A stretch of DNA of 32,000 nucleotides from Methanothermobacter thermautotrophicus str. Delta H (lineage in GTDB: Archaea; Methanobacteriota; Methanobacteria; Methanobacteriales; Methanothermobacteraceae). Both the position numbers and the translations under genes were made by a program. Positions 1 through 8,079 of this stretch are shown in pieces. Location: the NCBI RefSeq assembly GCF_000008645.1, contig NC_000916.1:1050001-1082000 (forward strand). The letters run 5' to 3'. Each line of letters starts with the position of its first letter. The first letter of the stretch is position 1. The notes beneath the pieces are model-generated. The model saw only the letters and a program-made list of their open reading frames with translations, ran no database searches and was not told the origin of the DNA.

Positions 1-827
1 CCGGGGGTGAGTATCCTTGCCGCTGCAACTGCCCCTGCAAAGGCATCCAGACGGTCCCCTGCAAGGTTAAAGGGGCCCCCCTCAAGGACGAATACATCGA
101 CACCCATCTCAAGTCCTGCCTCGAAGCCTGATATGAGGTCATCGTATCCATCCCCAACGAACATTATGGCCTCAACGCCCTTCCCGTGTTTTCTGGCAAG
201 TTCCAGAACTTCCTCAGCCTCCTCGAGGGGTGCTGCGTGGGTTTCAGCCCCCTGTACGGGTGTCAGGTTAACTGCAACAGAGGATGACAGTTCAACCCAT
301 TCTTCCCTGTCAGATAGCCCCTCCTTTTCCCTGTCAAGGAGCCTTGCATGTATTCTCTCCCTTGGACAGCCCTCGAAGGGTGGGCCTTCAAGGTAGCACT
401 GGCCGCCGCACCCGGTTATGGATCTGGGGAACCTCATTGGCCCGTATCTTCCGAAGTGGTCAAGATCCAGGGGCACCTCCGTTGTTTCCCTCACCTCCCT
501 CATGAGTTCCACAGGTCTCATGCCATAGCTCTCGGCTATATCTGCAAATGCATAGGCGCATACATGTATGGTTGCACCTATGGTGTCAGAGAGCATACAG
601 TTTCCCATGAGGTCAATCTTTTCAAGGTCAGAGGCACAGGTACCCACAATGAGCTCTGTGAGATCACAGCCCAGGGGAAACCTCTTGAAGGTTGCTCCAA
701 GTTTAATCTTATCCTCCCTGGATAGGTCAGAAACAGCATCCACGACCTCTGTAACATCCCTGTCCATTTTAATGATTTCCCAGGCTGTACCTGGGTTATC
801 CACAGCTTCCCTGATTAGTTCATGCAT
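1..827 (-). CDS. Conserved protein, candidate [Fe]-hydrogenase cofactor biosynthesis protein HcgG/HmdC (3' end runs off the window)
   Basis: Manual reverse-strand translation from ATG at 827: MHELIREAVDNPGTAWEIIKMDRDVTEVVDAVSDLSREDKIKLGATFKRFPLGCDLTELIVG...PLDLDHFGRYGPMRFPRSITGCGGQCYLEGPPFEGC...; open to the window edge with an AAGGTG SD upstream. The HcgG/HmdC name rests on family memory and proximity to hmd. This frame is not in the supplied ORF track. Confidence 0.5.
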   Translation of the reverse strand, partial: MHELIREAVDNPGTAWEIIKMDRDVTEVVDAVSDLSREDKIKLGATFKRFPLGCDLTELIVGTCASDLEKIDLMGNCMLSDTIGATIHVCAYAFADIAESYGMRPVELMREVRETTEVPLDLDHFGRYGPMRFPRSITGCGGQCYLEGPPFEGCPRERIHARLLDREKEGLSDREEWVELSSSVAVNLTPVQGAETHAAPLEEAEEVLELARKHGKGVEAIMFVGDGYDDLISGFEAGLEMGVDVFVLEGGPFNLAGDRLDAFAGAVAAARILTP

Positions 828-943
828 ATTGTTTCACCTTCAAAGTCACTGTAACTCAGTATGGAAGGGATGCTAATTTAAGCTTTGATAAAAGTGGTGG
901 GTTAATAAAAATGCAGGGAATGGGTTCAGATTTTAATACCCCT

Positions 944-1354
944 TTACTTCCCTGCCCTCCTGAGGGGTCCCAGTGACTTCACCGTTTCATAGAATTCCTT
1001 CATCGTCTTCTGGAACTTCTCGCCCTCTGATGCTGATATCCACTCCCACCGGAATCTCTCCTTCTCAATGCCAAACTCTGGCAGTATATCCTCAATGAAC
1101 TGGGCCCTCCTCTTCCACTTGTAATTTCCAGAATCATAGTGACAGTCCCCTATGTGACATCCACCAACAAAGACTCCGTCTGCACCGTCACGGAAGGCCT
1201 TCAGAATCATGGAGGCATTGACACGACCGGAGCACATCACCCTTATTATTCTGACGTTTGGAGGGTACTGCATCCTCGCTGTTCCCGCAGTGTCGGCTCC
1301 ACCATAGGAGCACCAGTTACAACAGAATCCCACTATCTTTGGTTCGAAACTCAT
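944..1354 (-). CDS. mvhD-like: MvhD/VhuD-like F420-non-reducing hydrogenase iron-sulfur subunit D (136 aa)
   Basis: [45 protein letters not shown]...GCHIGDCHY...; characteristic MvhD cysteine motifs. Confidence 0.9.
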   Translation of the reverse strand: MSFEPKIVGFCCNWCSYGGADTAGTARMQYPPNVRIIRVMCSGRVNASMILKAFRDGADGVFVGGCHIGDCHYDSGNYKWKRRAQFIEDILPEFGIEKERFRWEWISASEGEKFQKTMKEFYETVKSLGPLRRAGK

Positions 1355-1391
1355 ACCATCACCTTAGAATTCCACTATCTTTGGCTCGAAA
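1324..1391. repeat. Direct micro-duplication of the mvhD-like gene 5' end (copies 1324-1349 and 1366-1391)
   Basis: agaatcccactatctttggttcgaaa versus agaattccactatctttggctcgaaa, 24/26 identical, 42-nt offset. Confidence 0.9.
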
Positions 1392-1405
1392 ATCACCATC
1401 AAACT

Positions 1406-2548
1406 CTAATCCTTCTCTCCACTGTACATTGGCGGTAGCTCTTCACTCACACCTGCTGTGAAACCTGTTCTGTCACGGTATTTCCTCTGTATTCTGTGGT
1501 AGATCCTTGCTAGGGGGATGTCCATGGGGCATACATCTTCGCACTGTCCGCAGTTGATGCAGCTGAAGCCCATATGGGACAGTCTCACACCCTGGAATGT
1601 CAGGGGGTCGGGGGCTTTTTCATCTGACTCCAGGAGGTAATCCTTCTCAAGTTCGCATTCCCTGCAGAAACATATTGGGCACAGATCCCTGCATGCGAAG
1701 CAGTTGATGCAGCGTTTCCAGTATTCATCCCAATCATCCAGGGAAGGGTACTCATCCTCCAGATACTTGTCCTGGAACTTCCTGGCCATCTTAATCATGG
1801 CATTTTCAATTTTCTCCCTGATCTCTATCATCTTCATTGGTGGCTCTTTGACCTCGAGGTAGCCCTCCCTGCGGGCTCCCTCGATGATTTCCTCGCCCCG
1901 ATCTGTGTTGACCTCGATGAAGGTCCATCCCTCCTCTGCACCCCAGTTTCCGCAGGCAATGTCTGCATTCCTGGGCACCATCAGCTCGCATCTCTGGCAG
2001 TTTTCCCTTCTTCCGAAGCCCTCCTCCTCAAGGTAATCGATTGATATTTCCTTATGACTGCCATCCTTTAGCTCGACTATGAATTTGCCCTTATCTATCT
2101 CCTCCCTGACAACGTCATCAGGGTCTATTTCATAGAAGGTCTCTATCATTTCCCTTGCAGATACCGGGCTGAGGGTGCCTCCACAGTTCAATCCTATCAT
2201 GTACACCCTCTGGGGATCAATCTGGTGTCTCTTTTCAAGTTCCTTTATTGCCATTGCATCGCAGGGTTTCACAGCCACTGCCAGGCGCATATCATTCAGG
2301 TACCTTGATATGAGATCTCCGAACATGGTAGGTGCACAGTGAAGTGAGCCGCAGGTTGATACGATCTCATCTGAGTCTTCCAGGAGGACCGGGATTCCAT
2401 CGTAGATATCATCTCCCCTTTCAAGTGTCAGGACTCCGTCCACGATCTCCCTATCAAGCATGTATTTGAATATGGCGGTTACTGCTCCGCCACACTCTCC
2501 CCTTTTCTGAATTTCCTCGTCGGTGGCCCTTGCAAGAATGTATTTCAT
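1406..2548 (-). CDS. fdhB-like: Formate dehydrogenase beta / coenzyme F420 hydrogenase beta-like iron-sulfur flavoprotein
   Basis: [32 protein letters not shown]...[24 protein letters not shown]...[22 protein letters not shown]; two 4Fe-4S motifs plus the FrhB/FdhB N-terminal signature. Start set at MKY rather than the longer ORF start at 2593. Confidence 0.88.
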   Translation of the reverse strand: MKYILARATDEEIQKRGECGGAVTAIFKYMLDREIVDGVLTLERGDDIYDGIPVLLEDSDEIVSTCGSLHCAPTMFGDLISRYLNDMRLAVAVKPCDAMAIKELEKRHQIDPQRVYMIGLNCGGTLSPVSAREMIETFYEIDPDDVVREEIDKGKFIVELKDGSHKEISIDYLEEEGFGRRENCQRCELMVPRNADIACGNWGAEEGWTFIEVNTDRGEEIIEGARREGYLEVKEPPMKMIEIREKIENAMIKMARKFQDKYLEDEYPSLDDWDEYWKRCINCFACRDLCPICFCRECELEKDYLLESDEKAPDPLTFQGVRLSHMGFSCINCGQCEDVCPMDIPLARIYHRIQRKYRDRTGFTAGVSEELPPMYSGEKD

Positions 2549-2549
2549 T

Positions 2550-3581
2550 TCAATCACCCAGCCTCTCGAGTATCCTCTCAAATATTTCACCATCTGTGAG
2601 AACCCCCTCAGGTTCCGGTAGTGCAGGTTCCAGTTTTACAGTATGTCCTGTTGCACCTGTGTATGAGCCCTCCTTTTCACACCAGCCAGCGGTTGCAAGG
2701 AAGATGTCAGGAACTGCACCTGAAGTTTTTATTGACTGGAGGACGAATGATCCCTTAACATCCAGGGGTTCTGCAACTGCACCCGGGTCAATGAGCCACA
2801 GGGATTCAATCTCTTCATGGTCACGGATGGGTGGTATGTGCTGCATCACACCCCGGGTGTTGAAGTCCTCAAATACTGGCAGAACCTCAGCCCCTGTTTC
2901 AGCTGAGGCCTCCAGGACATCTTCTATCACATCCGGGATTTCAGCTGTAATCATTATGAGGTCTGCTGGAAACTCCCTGAGTTTATCTAGAAGATCTAAA
3001 TTATCTGAAAAGGTCAGGTGGGAGCTGGAGTTCATGGCCGTCCTTGTTATCTCCCTCCTATCGTACGATCGGACCTCTGCACCACCATCCATGGCCTGGA
3101 ATATCCTCCTTGCGAGGAGGGGTGCGCAGTTCATTACGTCACCAATGACTGCAATATTATCATAGTTCCTTATTTTCCTCACATCTATTTCTGGATAATC
3201 GAATTCTGGAAATACGGTTATAAGACCGTATTTTTTTACATCAACTCTTTCTATGATCCTTTTGAGTTTAGCTGCCTCCTCATCTGTCAGGGTGCCTGTT
3301 GTGAGTATGGCTGTCTCCGGTGAGGAGATCATCTCTGTGAGTCCATCAAGGGCCTCATCCCAGTCTGCACCCTTAAGGTTTCCTGATTTTTTAACTGCAG
3401 GGGATGTTATTCTATCCTTTACTGGAATCTCATAGCATTCCCTTCCCCTTCTGCATGTCTTTCCCTCGTTTATGATGTGTCTCTTGTAGGGGTAGGTCCC
3501 TGCCGGGGATCCATCCACTTCTATAATGTTCACCCCACATCCTGCGCTGCAGGAGGGGCATATGGTGTGTTTCACCATCAT
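2550..3581 (-). CDS. Truncated molybdopterin oxidoreductase, FdhA/FwdB-like N-terminal portion (343 aa)
   Basis: MMVKHTICPSCSAGCGVNIIEVDG...INEGKTCRRGRECYEIPVKDRITSPAVKKSGNLKGADWDEALDGLTEMI; N-terminal Fe-S cluster motif of the FdhA/FwdB family, but only about half the usual length. Confidence 0.75.
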   Translation of the reverse strand: MMVKHTICPSCSAGCGVNIIEVDGSPAGTYPYKRHIINEGKTCRRGRECYEIPVKDRITSPAVKKSGNLKGADWDEALDGLTEMISSPETAILTTGTLTDEEAAKLKRIIERVDVKKYGLITVFPEFDYPEIDVRKIRNYDNIAVIGDVMNCAPLLARRIFQAMDGGAEVRSYDRREITRTAMNSSSHLTFSDNLDLLDKLREFPADLIMITAEIPDVIEDVLEASAETGAEVLPVFEDFNTRGVMQHIPPIRDHEEIESLWLIDPGAVAEPLDVKGSFVLQSIKTSGAVPDIFLATAGWCEKEGSYTGATGHTVKLEPALPEPEGVLTDGEIFERILERLGD

Positions 3582-3584
3582 TTT

Positions 3585-3944
3585 CTACACCTCCAGATTC
3601 TTTACTTTTCTCTGAAACTCATCGATGCTGACAAGTTCATTCTGGACGCTGATCGTCCTGTCACGTGTTATGTTGAAGAGTTCAACCATGATATTCAGTC
3701 CAGAGTCCAGGAGAACCTCTGAAAGGTTTTCCGGGAGTTTCTCGGAGTTCTCAAGGACAACCTTTCCTTCTATTTTAAAATTTAAGGGTATTCCATTGAG
3801 AGATTCCACATAGAATGTGTATCCGACCGAATCCTTCTCGAAATTTGTGTAGTCAATTTTCCAGTCCATGTCAAGACTCAGGGTACACGATTTTGGATTT
3901 TTTCCAGGCCGAAAAAGTCCAATTTTCTGAATCTGAATGTCCAT
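3585..3944 (-). CDS. Conserved hypothetical protein (119 aa)
   Basis: ORF start refined to MDIQIQKIGLFRPGKNPKSCTLSLDMDWKIDY..., with a GGTGAAAGC SD-like sequence just upstream; ends 4 nt before the FdhA-like ORF. Confidence 0.65.
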   Translation of the reverse strand: MDIQIQKIGLFRPGKNPKSCTLSLDMDWKIDYTNFEKDSVGYTFYVESLNGIPLNFKIEGKVVLENSEKLPENLSEVLLDSGLNIMVELFNITRDRTISVQNELVSIDEFQRKVKNLEV

Positions 3945-4005
3945 GCTTTCACCACAACCTCCAGTTTTATCGTGTTTGTCATAATTATCTGCTAACAAGT
4001 ATTAC

Positions 4006-4015
4006 ATATATAAAT
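4006..4015 (-). promoter_or_regulatory. Candidate archaeal TATA box for the minus-strand operon starting at 3944
   Basis: Reverse strand reads ATTTATATATG about 25 nt before an expected TSS near 3983. Confidence 0.4.
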
Positions 4016-4351
4016 GTTCCTAAAATTTAAAAGGCATGTGAACCATTGTAATTACATGAAAATCACAATAAAATCCAATTTTAATCATTTAACCGTTTTA
4101 AATCCACAATAATCTAAAATTATGGCCATGCGGCCCTAATAGATCCAGAGTTAATATTCTGGCAGGAAATTATAATTCATAATAGATGATTATTTTTTAA
4201 TATTTAACGTGGTTTGTACTCTGATCTCTAAGAACAACCCGCAACACGCCATTACAGAGTTAAGGGCAGCCTTCCAGTTAGGATCACTGGATTGAAGCAG
4301 CTCAGCCACAGATCCGTGATATTAATATCTTAATAATTATGATTATTTTCA

Positions 4352-4367
4352 TATAATATTATATGGA
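4352..4367 (+). promoter_or_regulatory. Perfect 16-nt palindrome CATATAATATTATATG, possible TATA/operator for the 4403 small ORF
   Basis: Sequence catataatattatatg equals its own reverse complement; it lies about 50 nt upstream of an ORF with a strong SD. Confidence 0.35.
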
Positions 4368-4402
4368 TAATGGATGGTAAAGGCTTCCCAAAGGAGGATA
4401 AA

Positions 4403-4453
4403 ATGAAAACATTGCTTAAATTGACTTACCCTGAAATTGCCACAGGTGAATAA
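4403..4453 (+). CDS. Candidate 16-aa leader/small ORF MKTLLKLTYPEIATGE
   Basis: AAGGAGGATAAA-ATG...TAA: near-perfect SD with correct spacing upstream of hmd. Confidence 0.35.
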   Translation: MKTLLKLTYPEIATGE

Positions 4454-4490
4454 ATTCTCCTTATAAGTTTTTTGATTTGAAAATTATCAA

Positions 4491-4509
4491 AAAATATATT
4501 TATATTGGA
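4491..4509 (+). promoter_or_regulatory. Candidate TATA region of hmd
   Basis: aaaaatatatttatattgg about 60-75 nt upstream of the hmd start. Confidence 0.4.
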
Positions 4510-4568
4510 AACCGATTAATCTGTACTACTAATAATATAAGTAGTATTACAGAAATGGAGTGATAGAT

Positions 4569-5603
4569 ATGAAACTTGCAATACTAGGTGCAGGATGTTA
4601 CAGGACCCATGCGGCCAGTGGAATAACAAACTTTTCCAGGGCCTGCGAGGTCGCTGAAATGGTTGGAAAACCAGAGATAGCCATGACCCATTCCACAATA
4701 ACAATGGGTGCAGAGCTAAAAGAACTTGCAGGTGTGGACGAAGTCGTTGTTGCAGACCCTGTATTCGACAACCAGTTCACAGTTATAGACGACTTCGCCT
4801 ACGAGGACGTCATAGAAGCCCACAAGGAGGACCCTGAAAAGATAATGCCACAGATCAGGGAAAAGGTCAACGAAGTCGCAAAGGAACTTCCAAAACCACC
4901 AGAAGGTGCAATACACTTTACACACCCTGAAGACCTTGGATTTGAGATAACAACCGATGACAGGGAAGCTGTTGCAGACGCCGACTTCATAATGACCTGG
5001 TTCCCAAAGGGAGACATGCAGCCAGGCATAATAGACAAGTTCATAGATGACATAAAACCAGGCGCCATCGTCACCCACGCCTGCACAATTCCAACCACCA
5101 AGTTCTACAAGATATTCGAAGAAAAACACGGCGACCTTGTAACAAAACCTGAAACACTCAACGTAACATCCTACCACCCAGGTGCCGTACCCGAAATGAA
5201 GGGCCAGGTCTACATTGCAGAGGGTTACGCCTCAGAGGAAGCAATAAACACCCTCTTCGAACTCGGACAGAAAGCAAGAGGTAACGCATACAGGTTACCA
5301 GCCGAACTCCTCGGACCAGTATGTGACATGTGCTCAGCCCTCACAGCAATAACCTACGCAGGTATACTATCCTACAGGGACTCAGTCACACAGGTACTCG
5401 GCGCGCCCGCAGGTTTCGCACAGATGATGGCCAAGGAGTCACTTGAACAGATAACAGCCCTTATGGAAAAGGTTGGAATAGACAAGATGGAAGAGCACCT
5501 CGACCCCGGTGCACTTCTGGGTACAGCTGACTCCATGAACTTCGGAGCATCAGCAGACATACTCCCAACCGTATTTGAAATCCTCGAGAAGAGGAAAAAA
5601 TAA
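4569..5603 (+). CDS. hmd: H2-forming 5,10-methylenetetrahydromethanopterin dehydrogenase ([Fe]-hydrogenase), 344 aa
   Basis: MKLAILGAGCYRTHAASGITNFSRACEVAEMVGKPEIAMTHSTITMGAELKELAG...VTHACTIPTTKF; classic Hmd sequence. Start is the ATG at 4569, not the GTG at 4560. Confidence 0.98.
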   Translation: MKLAILGAGCYRTHAASGITNFSRACEVAEMVGKPEIAMTHSTITMGAELKELAGVDEVVVADPVFDNQFTVIDDFAYEDVIEAHKEDPEKIMPQIREKVNEVAKELPKPPEGAIHFTHPEDLGFEITTDDREAVADADFIMTWFPKGDMQPGIIDKFIDDIKPGAIVTHACTIPTTKFYKIFEEKHGDLVTKPETLNVTSYHPGAVPEMKGQVYIAEGYASEEAINTLFELGQKARGNAYRLPAELLGPVCDMCSALTAITYAGILSYRDSVTQVLGAPAGFAQMMAKESLEQITALMEKVGIDKMEEHLDPGALLGTADSMNFGASADILPTVFEILEKRKK

Positions 5604-5707
5604 ACCTAGGAAAATCCCAGAAAAATTTATTTATTTTTTTATCCAAGTAATTTTTACACTTCAATTTACTGACTTTTCAATCCCAAGCAGCTGAAACTGG
5701 TGTTAAA

Positions 5708-6739
5708 TTGATAGATAAAATACTGAAAAAGGCGGCAGAAGGGTACCAGCTCCAGGATGGAGAGGTTATCCAGTTATTCAGAATAAGAGAATCCGGGGAT
5801 CTTGCCAGTCTCATGAAAACAGCCTTCAATATAATGCGTGAAAACCGCGGCTCTGTGAAGCTGACATCCACAGTGCACATAACAAACATGTGCCAGGTCA
5901 GGCCACGGTGCGGTTACTGTGGATTTGCTGCAGGCACATCAAAAAATGGTTACTATAACTCATTCTTCAAAACTGATGATGAGATCCTTGAAGCCGCCCT
6001 CATAATAGAGGAATCAGGAATACCCAGGGTCAGCTGCTCAGGTGCCCATGGATTCAATGGTGAGCATGCCGTGAAGGCTGCCAGGATAGTTAAGGAGAAC
6101 ACATCACTTGAACTCCTCATAAACGTTGGATCTGACCTCAACAGGAGTGCCACAGAGAAACTTGCAGACTACGGGACAGACACTGTATGCTGCAACCTTG
6201 AAACCACCAACAGGGAACTTTTCAGCAGTGTTAAACCCGGTGAGAGAATCGAGGACAGGATCAGGGTCTGTGAAATGGTTTGTGCGGCAGGTATTGAGCT
6301 CTCAAGTGGCCTGCTCATAGGTCTTGGTGAAAGCTACGCTGATCGCCTGGAGCACCTTAAGTTTCTATCTAAATTTGAAACCCTTGGTGAGATACCCATA
6401 ATGGGATTCAACCCCTACCCTGGCACTCCAATGGAGGAACATCCGCCCTGCCCCCTGAGTGAGCAGATGAAGACCATAGCCATTACAAGGATCCTCTACC
6501 CTGACATAAGGATAACAGTTCCAACACCCACAATAGGGCCCGAGAATGTCAGGTTTTCCCTGATGGCCGGGGCCGATAACCTTGCAACTGTTATACCGGA
6601 CGGCTACCCCCATGACGTTAAGGGTGTGGGGTCCCCCCGCTACGGGAACCTCAGGGACGTCCTGAAGGTTGTGAAGGAAATGGGACTGAGGGCCCAGTTA
6701 AAACCTGCCCCCTCAGCCGAGGGAGTGGCTCTGCTCTGA
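5708..6739 (+). CDS. hcgA: Radical SAM protein HcgA/HmdB (biotin synthase-like), [Fe]-hydrogenase cofactor biosynthesis
   Basis: TTG start; MIDKILKKAAEGYQLQDGEVIQLF...ITNMCQVRPRCGYCGFAAGTSKNGYYNSFF, with a non-canonical CX5CX2C motif; directly downstream of hmd. Confidence 0.93.
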   Translation: MIDKILKKAAEGYQLQDGEVIQLFRIRESGDLASLMKTAFNIMRENRGSVKLTSTVHITNMCQVRPRCGYCGFAAGTSKNGYYNSFFKTDDEILEAALIIEESGIPRVSCSGAHGFNGEHAVKAARIVKENTSLELLINVGSDLNRSATEKLADYGTDTVCCNLETTNRELFSSVKPGERIEDRIRVCEMVCAAGIELSSGLLIGLGESYADRLEHLKFLSKFETLGEIPIMGFNPYPGTPMEEHPPCPLSEQMKTIAITRILYPDIRITVPTPTIGPENVRFSLMAGADNLATVIPDGYPHDVKGVGSPRYGNLRDVLKVVKEMGLRAQLKPAPSAEGVALL

Positions 6740-6753
6740 TTGGGGGTGTTGAA

Positions 6754-7224
6754 ATGCTTGAGGACCTCATAGGTAAAGCCTACCTTGAATCTGCAGAGGA
6801 CAGACGCCGCGGGGACAGATCTGAAGAGGTTGAGGCCATAAGGAAGTACATAAGGAGTGCCCGCAGGACCGTGGTCCCCAACTGGAATGCTGAGAAGGTT
6901 GATGCGATAAACGATGTCCTCAGAAGTTTCAATCTGCGGGAAGCCGAACACCTTCAGTTCAACACCAACTGGGCAGACCTCACCAGGATGCCAGCAGTCA
7001 CAAAGGCCCTCATGGCGCTGGACATCTCAGGTGCGGACCTTGTAATTGCCAGGGGGAGGCTCGGCGTCCCTGGTTCAGGGTCCCTCCTCGTTATAATGGA
7101 CTCCAGGGGACGCCTGCTATCTGCAGCCATGTCCCCCCCACATGTAATACACAGCATGGAAGTGAGAGAGGCTGTGAGGTCAGAGATGACCCATGCACTT
7201 GAGAGGATAGGGTTTAAAAGATAA
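6754..7224 (+). CDS. hcgB: HcgB-like pyridinol guanylyltransferase
   Basis: 156 aa MLEDLIGKAYLESAEDRRRGDRSEEVEAIRKYIRSARRTVVPNWNAEKVDAINDVLRSF...; size and position fit the hcg cluster. Confidence 0.88.
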   Translation: MLEDLIGKAYLESAEDRRRGDRSEEVEAIRKYIRSARRTVVPNWNAEKVDAINDVLRSFNLREAEHLQFNTNWADLTRMPAVTKALMALDISGADLVIARGRLGVPGSGSLLVIMDSRGRLLSAAMSPPHVIHSMEVREAVRSEMTHALERIGFKR

Positions 7225-7302
7225 AGGCCCCATCAAAGAACAGCAGAGAAAAACAGGTCCATAAACAGTATGAACCATATAACAGGAAACAGCTGATCAA
7301 AA

Positions 7303-8079
7303 ATGAAACCCCCTGAAACAGGCATAACAGAAACCGTGAAGACCTTCTTCTCATCCCTCACAGTTGGTGACATAGTAAGACGGATATCCCATCTCAAATC
7401 CTCTGCAGTCACTGGGTGGCTCGATGATGCCAGATTTGAACCTGAAAATGCCCTGATTATAGGCTCATACTTCACAGGCGCCGCGATCTCAGGTGCCCTT
7501 GACTGCAGGGTTACAGTTGCAGATATAAACCCCCAGACACGTTTCCTCCTTAGGGGAGATGTGGACTTCCGGGAGGGTATTCATGGACTGAATGGTGACT
7601 GGGACCTCATAGTTGATACAACCGGCATTGGTGGTGTAACCCCTGAGGAGCTCTCAGGTTTCACTGCAGGGGCCTTCATCGTTGAGGACCCGACCTCTGA
7701 TGGCAGTGATGAAACAATAATGGGCTACAACAGTACCGCTGAACGGCTTGAGGCGGTTGAAGCAGATCTGAAGGCGTCCCTCCGCACCCTTGGACTCGGT
7801 GCCAAGACCTCGGGCACAATGACCCTCACAGTCGAGGTTCTTCGAAGGTCAATGGCCGATGCCCTTGAATGTAGAGGAGTACTGTATGCAACCGCAACCC
7901 TTAGGTTCTTTGAGAGGATCCTCTTCAGAGAGAGGGACCCTCAGGGCTTCCTCAGGGCCCTTGAATCACCTGCCCTTACTGTATCGTCCCTGGGGGATAT
8001 CAGCTGCGATGAGATACTTGAGGGGAACCTAGGAATGATAAGGTCGGAGGTTACAGAAGAGGACGGTGATAACAATTAG
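7303..8079 (+). CDS. hcgC: HcgC-like SAM-dependent pyridinol methyltransferase
   Basis: 258 aa MKPPETGITETVKTFFSSLTVGDIVRRISHLK...ALIIGSYFTGAAISGAL; dinucleotide-binding-like fold in cluster context. Confidence 0.85.
   Translation: MKPPETGITETVKTFFSSLTVGDIVRRISHLKSSAVTGWLDDARFEPENALIIGSYFTGAAISGALDCRVTVADINPQTRFLLRGDVDFREGIHGLNGDWDLIVDTTGIGGVTPEELSGFTAGAFIVEDPTSDGSDETIMGYNSTAERLEAVEADLKASLRTLGLGAKTSGTMTLTVEVLRRSMADALECRGVLYATATLRFFERILFRERDPQGFLRALESPALTVSSLGDISCDEILEGNLGMIRSEVTEEDGDNN

Noticed and set aside
7-876. Plus-strand ORFs at 7-396, 284-505, 348-725 and 568-876
   Set aside because: They lie antisense to a coherent minus-strand coding frame (1-827) and have low-complexity Ser/Pro/Thr-rich composition typical of shadow ORFs.
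4318-4335. AT-only dyads such as atattaatat in the hmd upstream region
   Set aside because: Short AT palindromes are expected by chance in such AT-rich sequence.
4516-5560. Minus-strand and alternative-frame ORFs over hmd
   Set aside because: Antisense or out of frame to the unmistakable Hmd sequence; no SD or family signal.
7239-7330. AACAG cluster as a CRISPR or tandem repeat array
   Set aside because: Units are only 5 nt with irregular spacing and no unique spacers.
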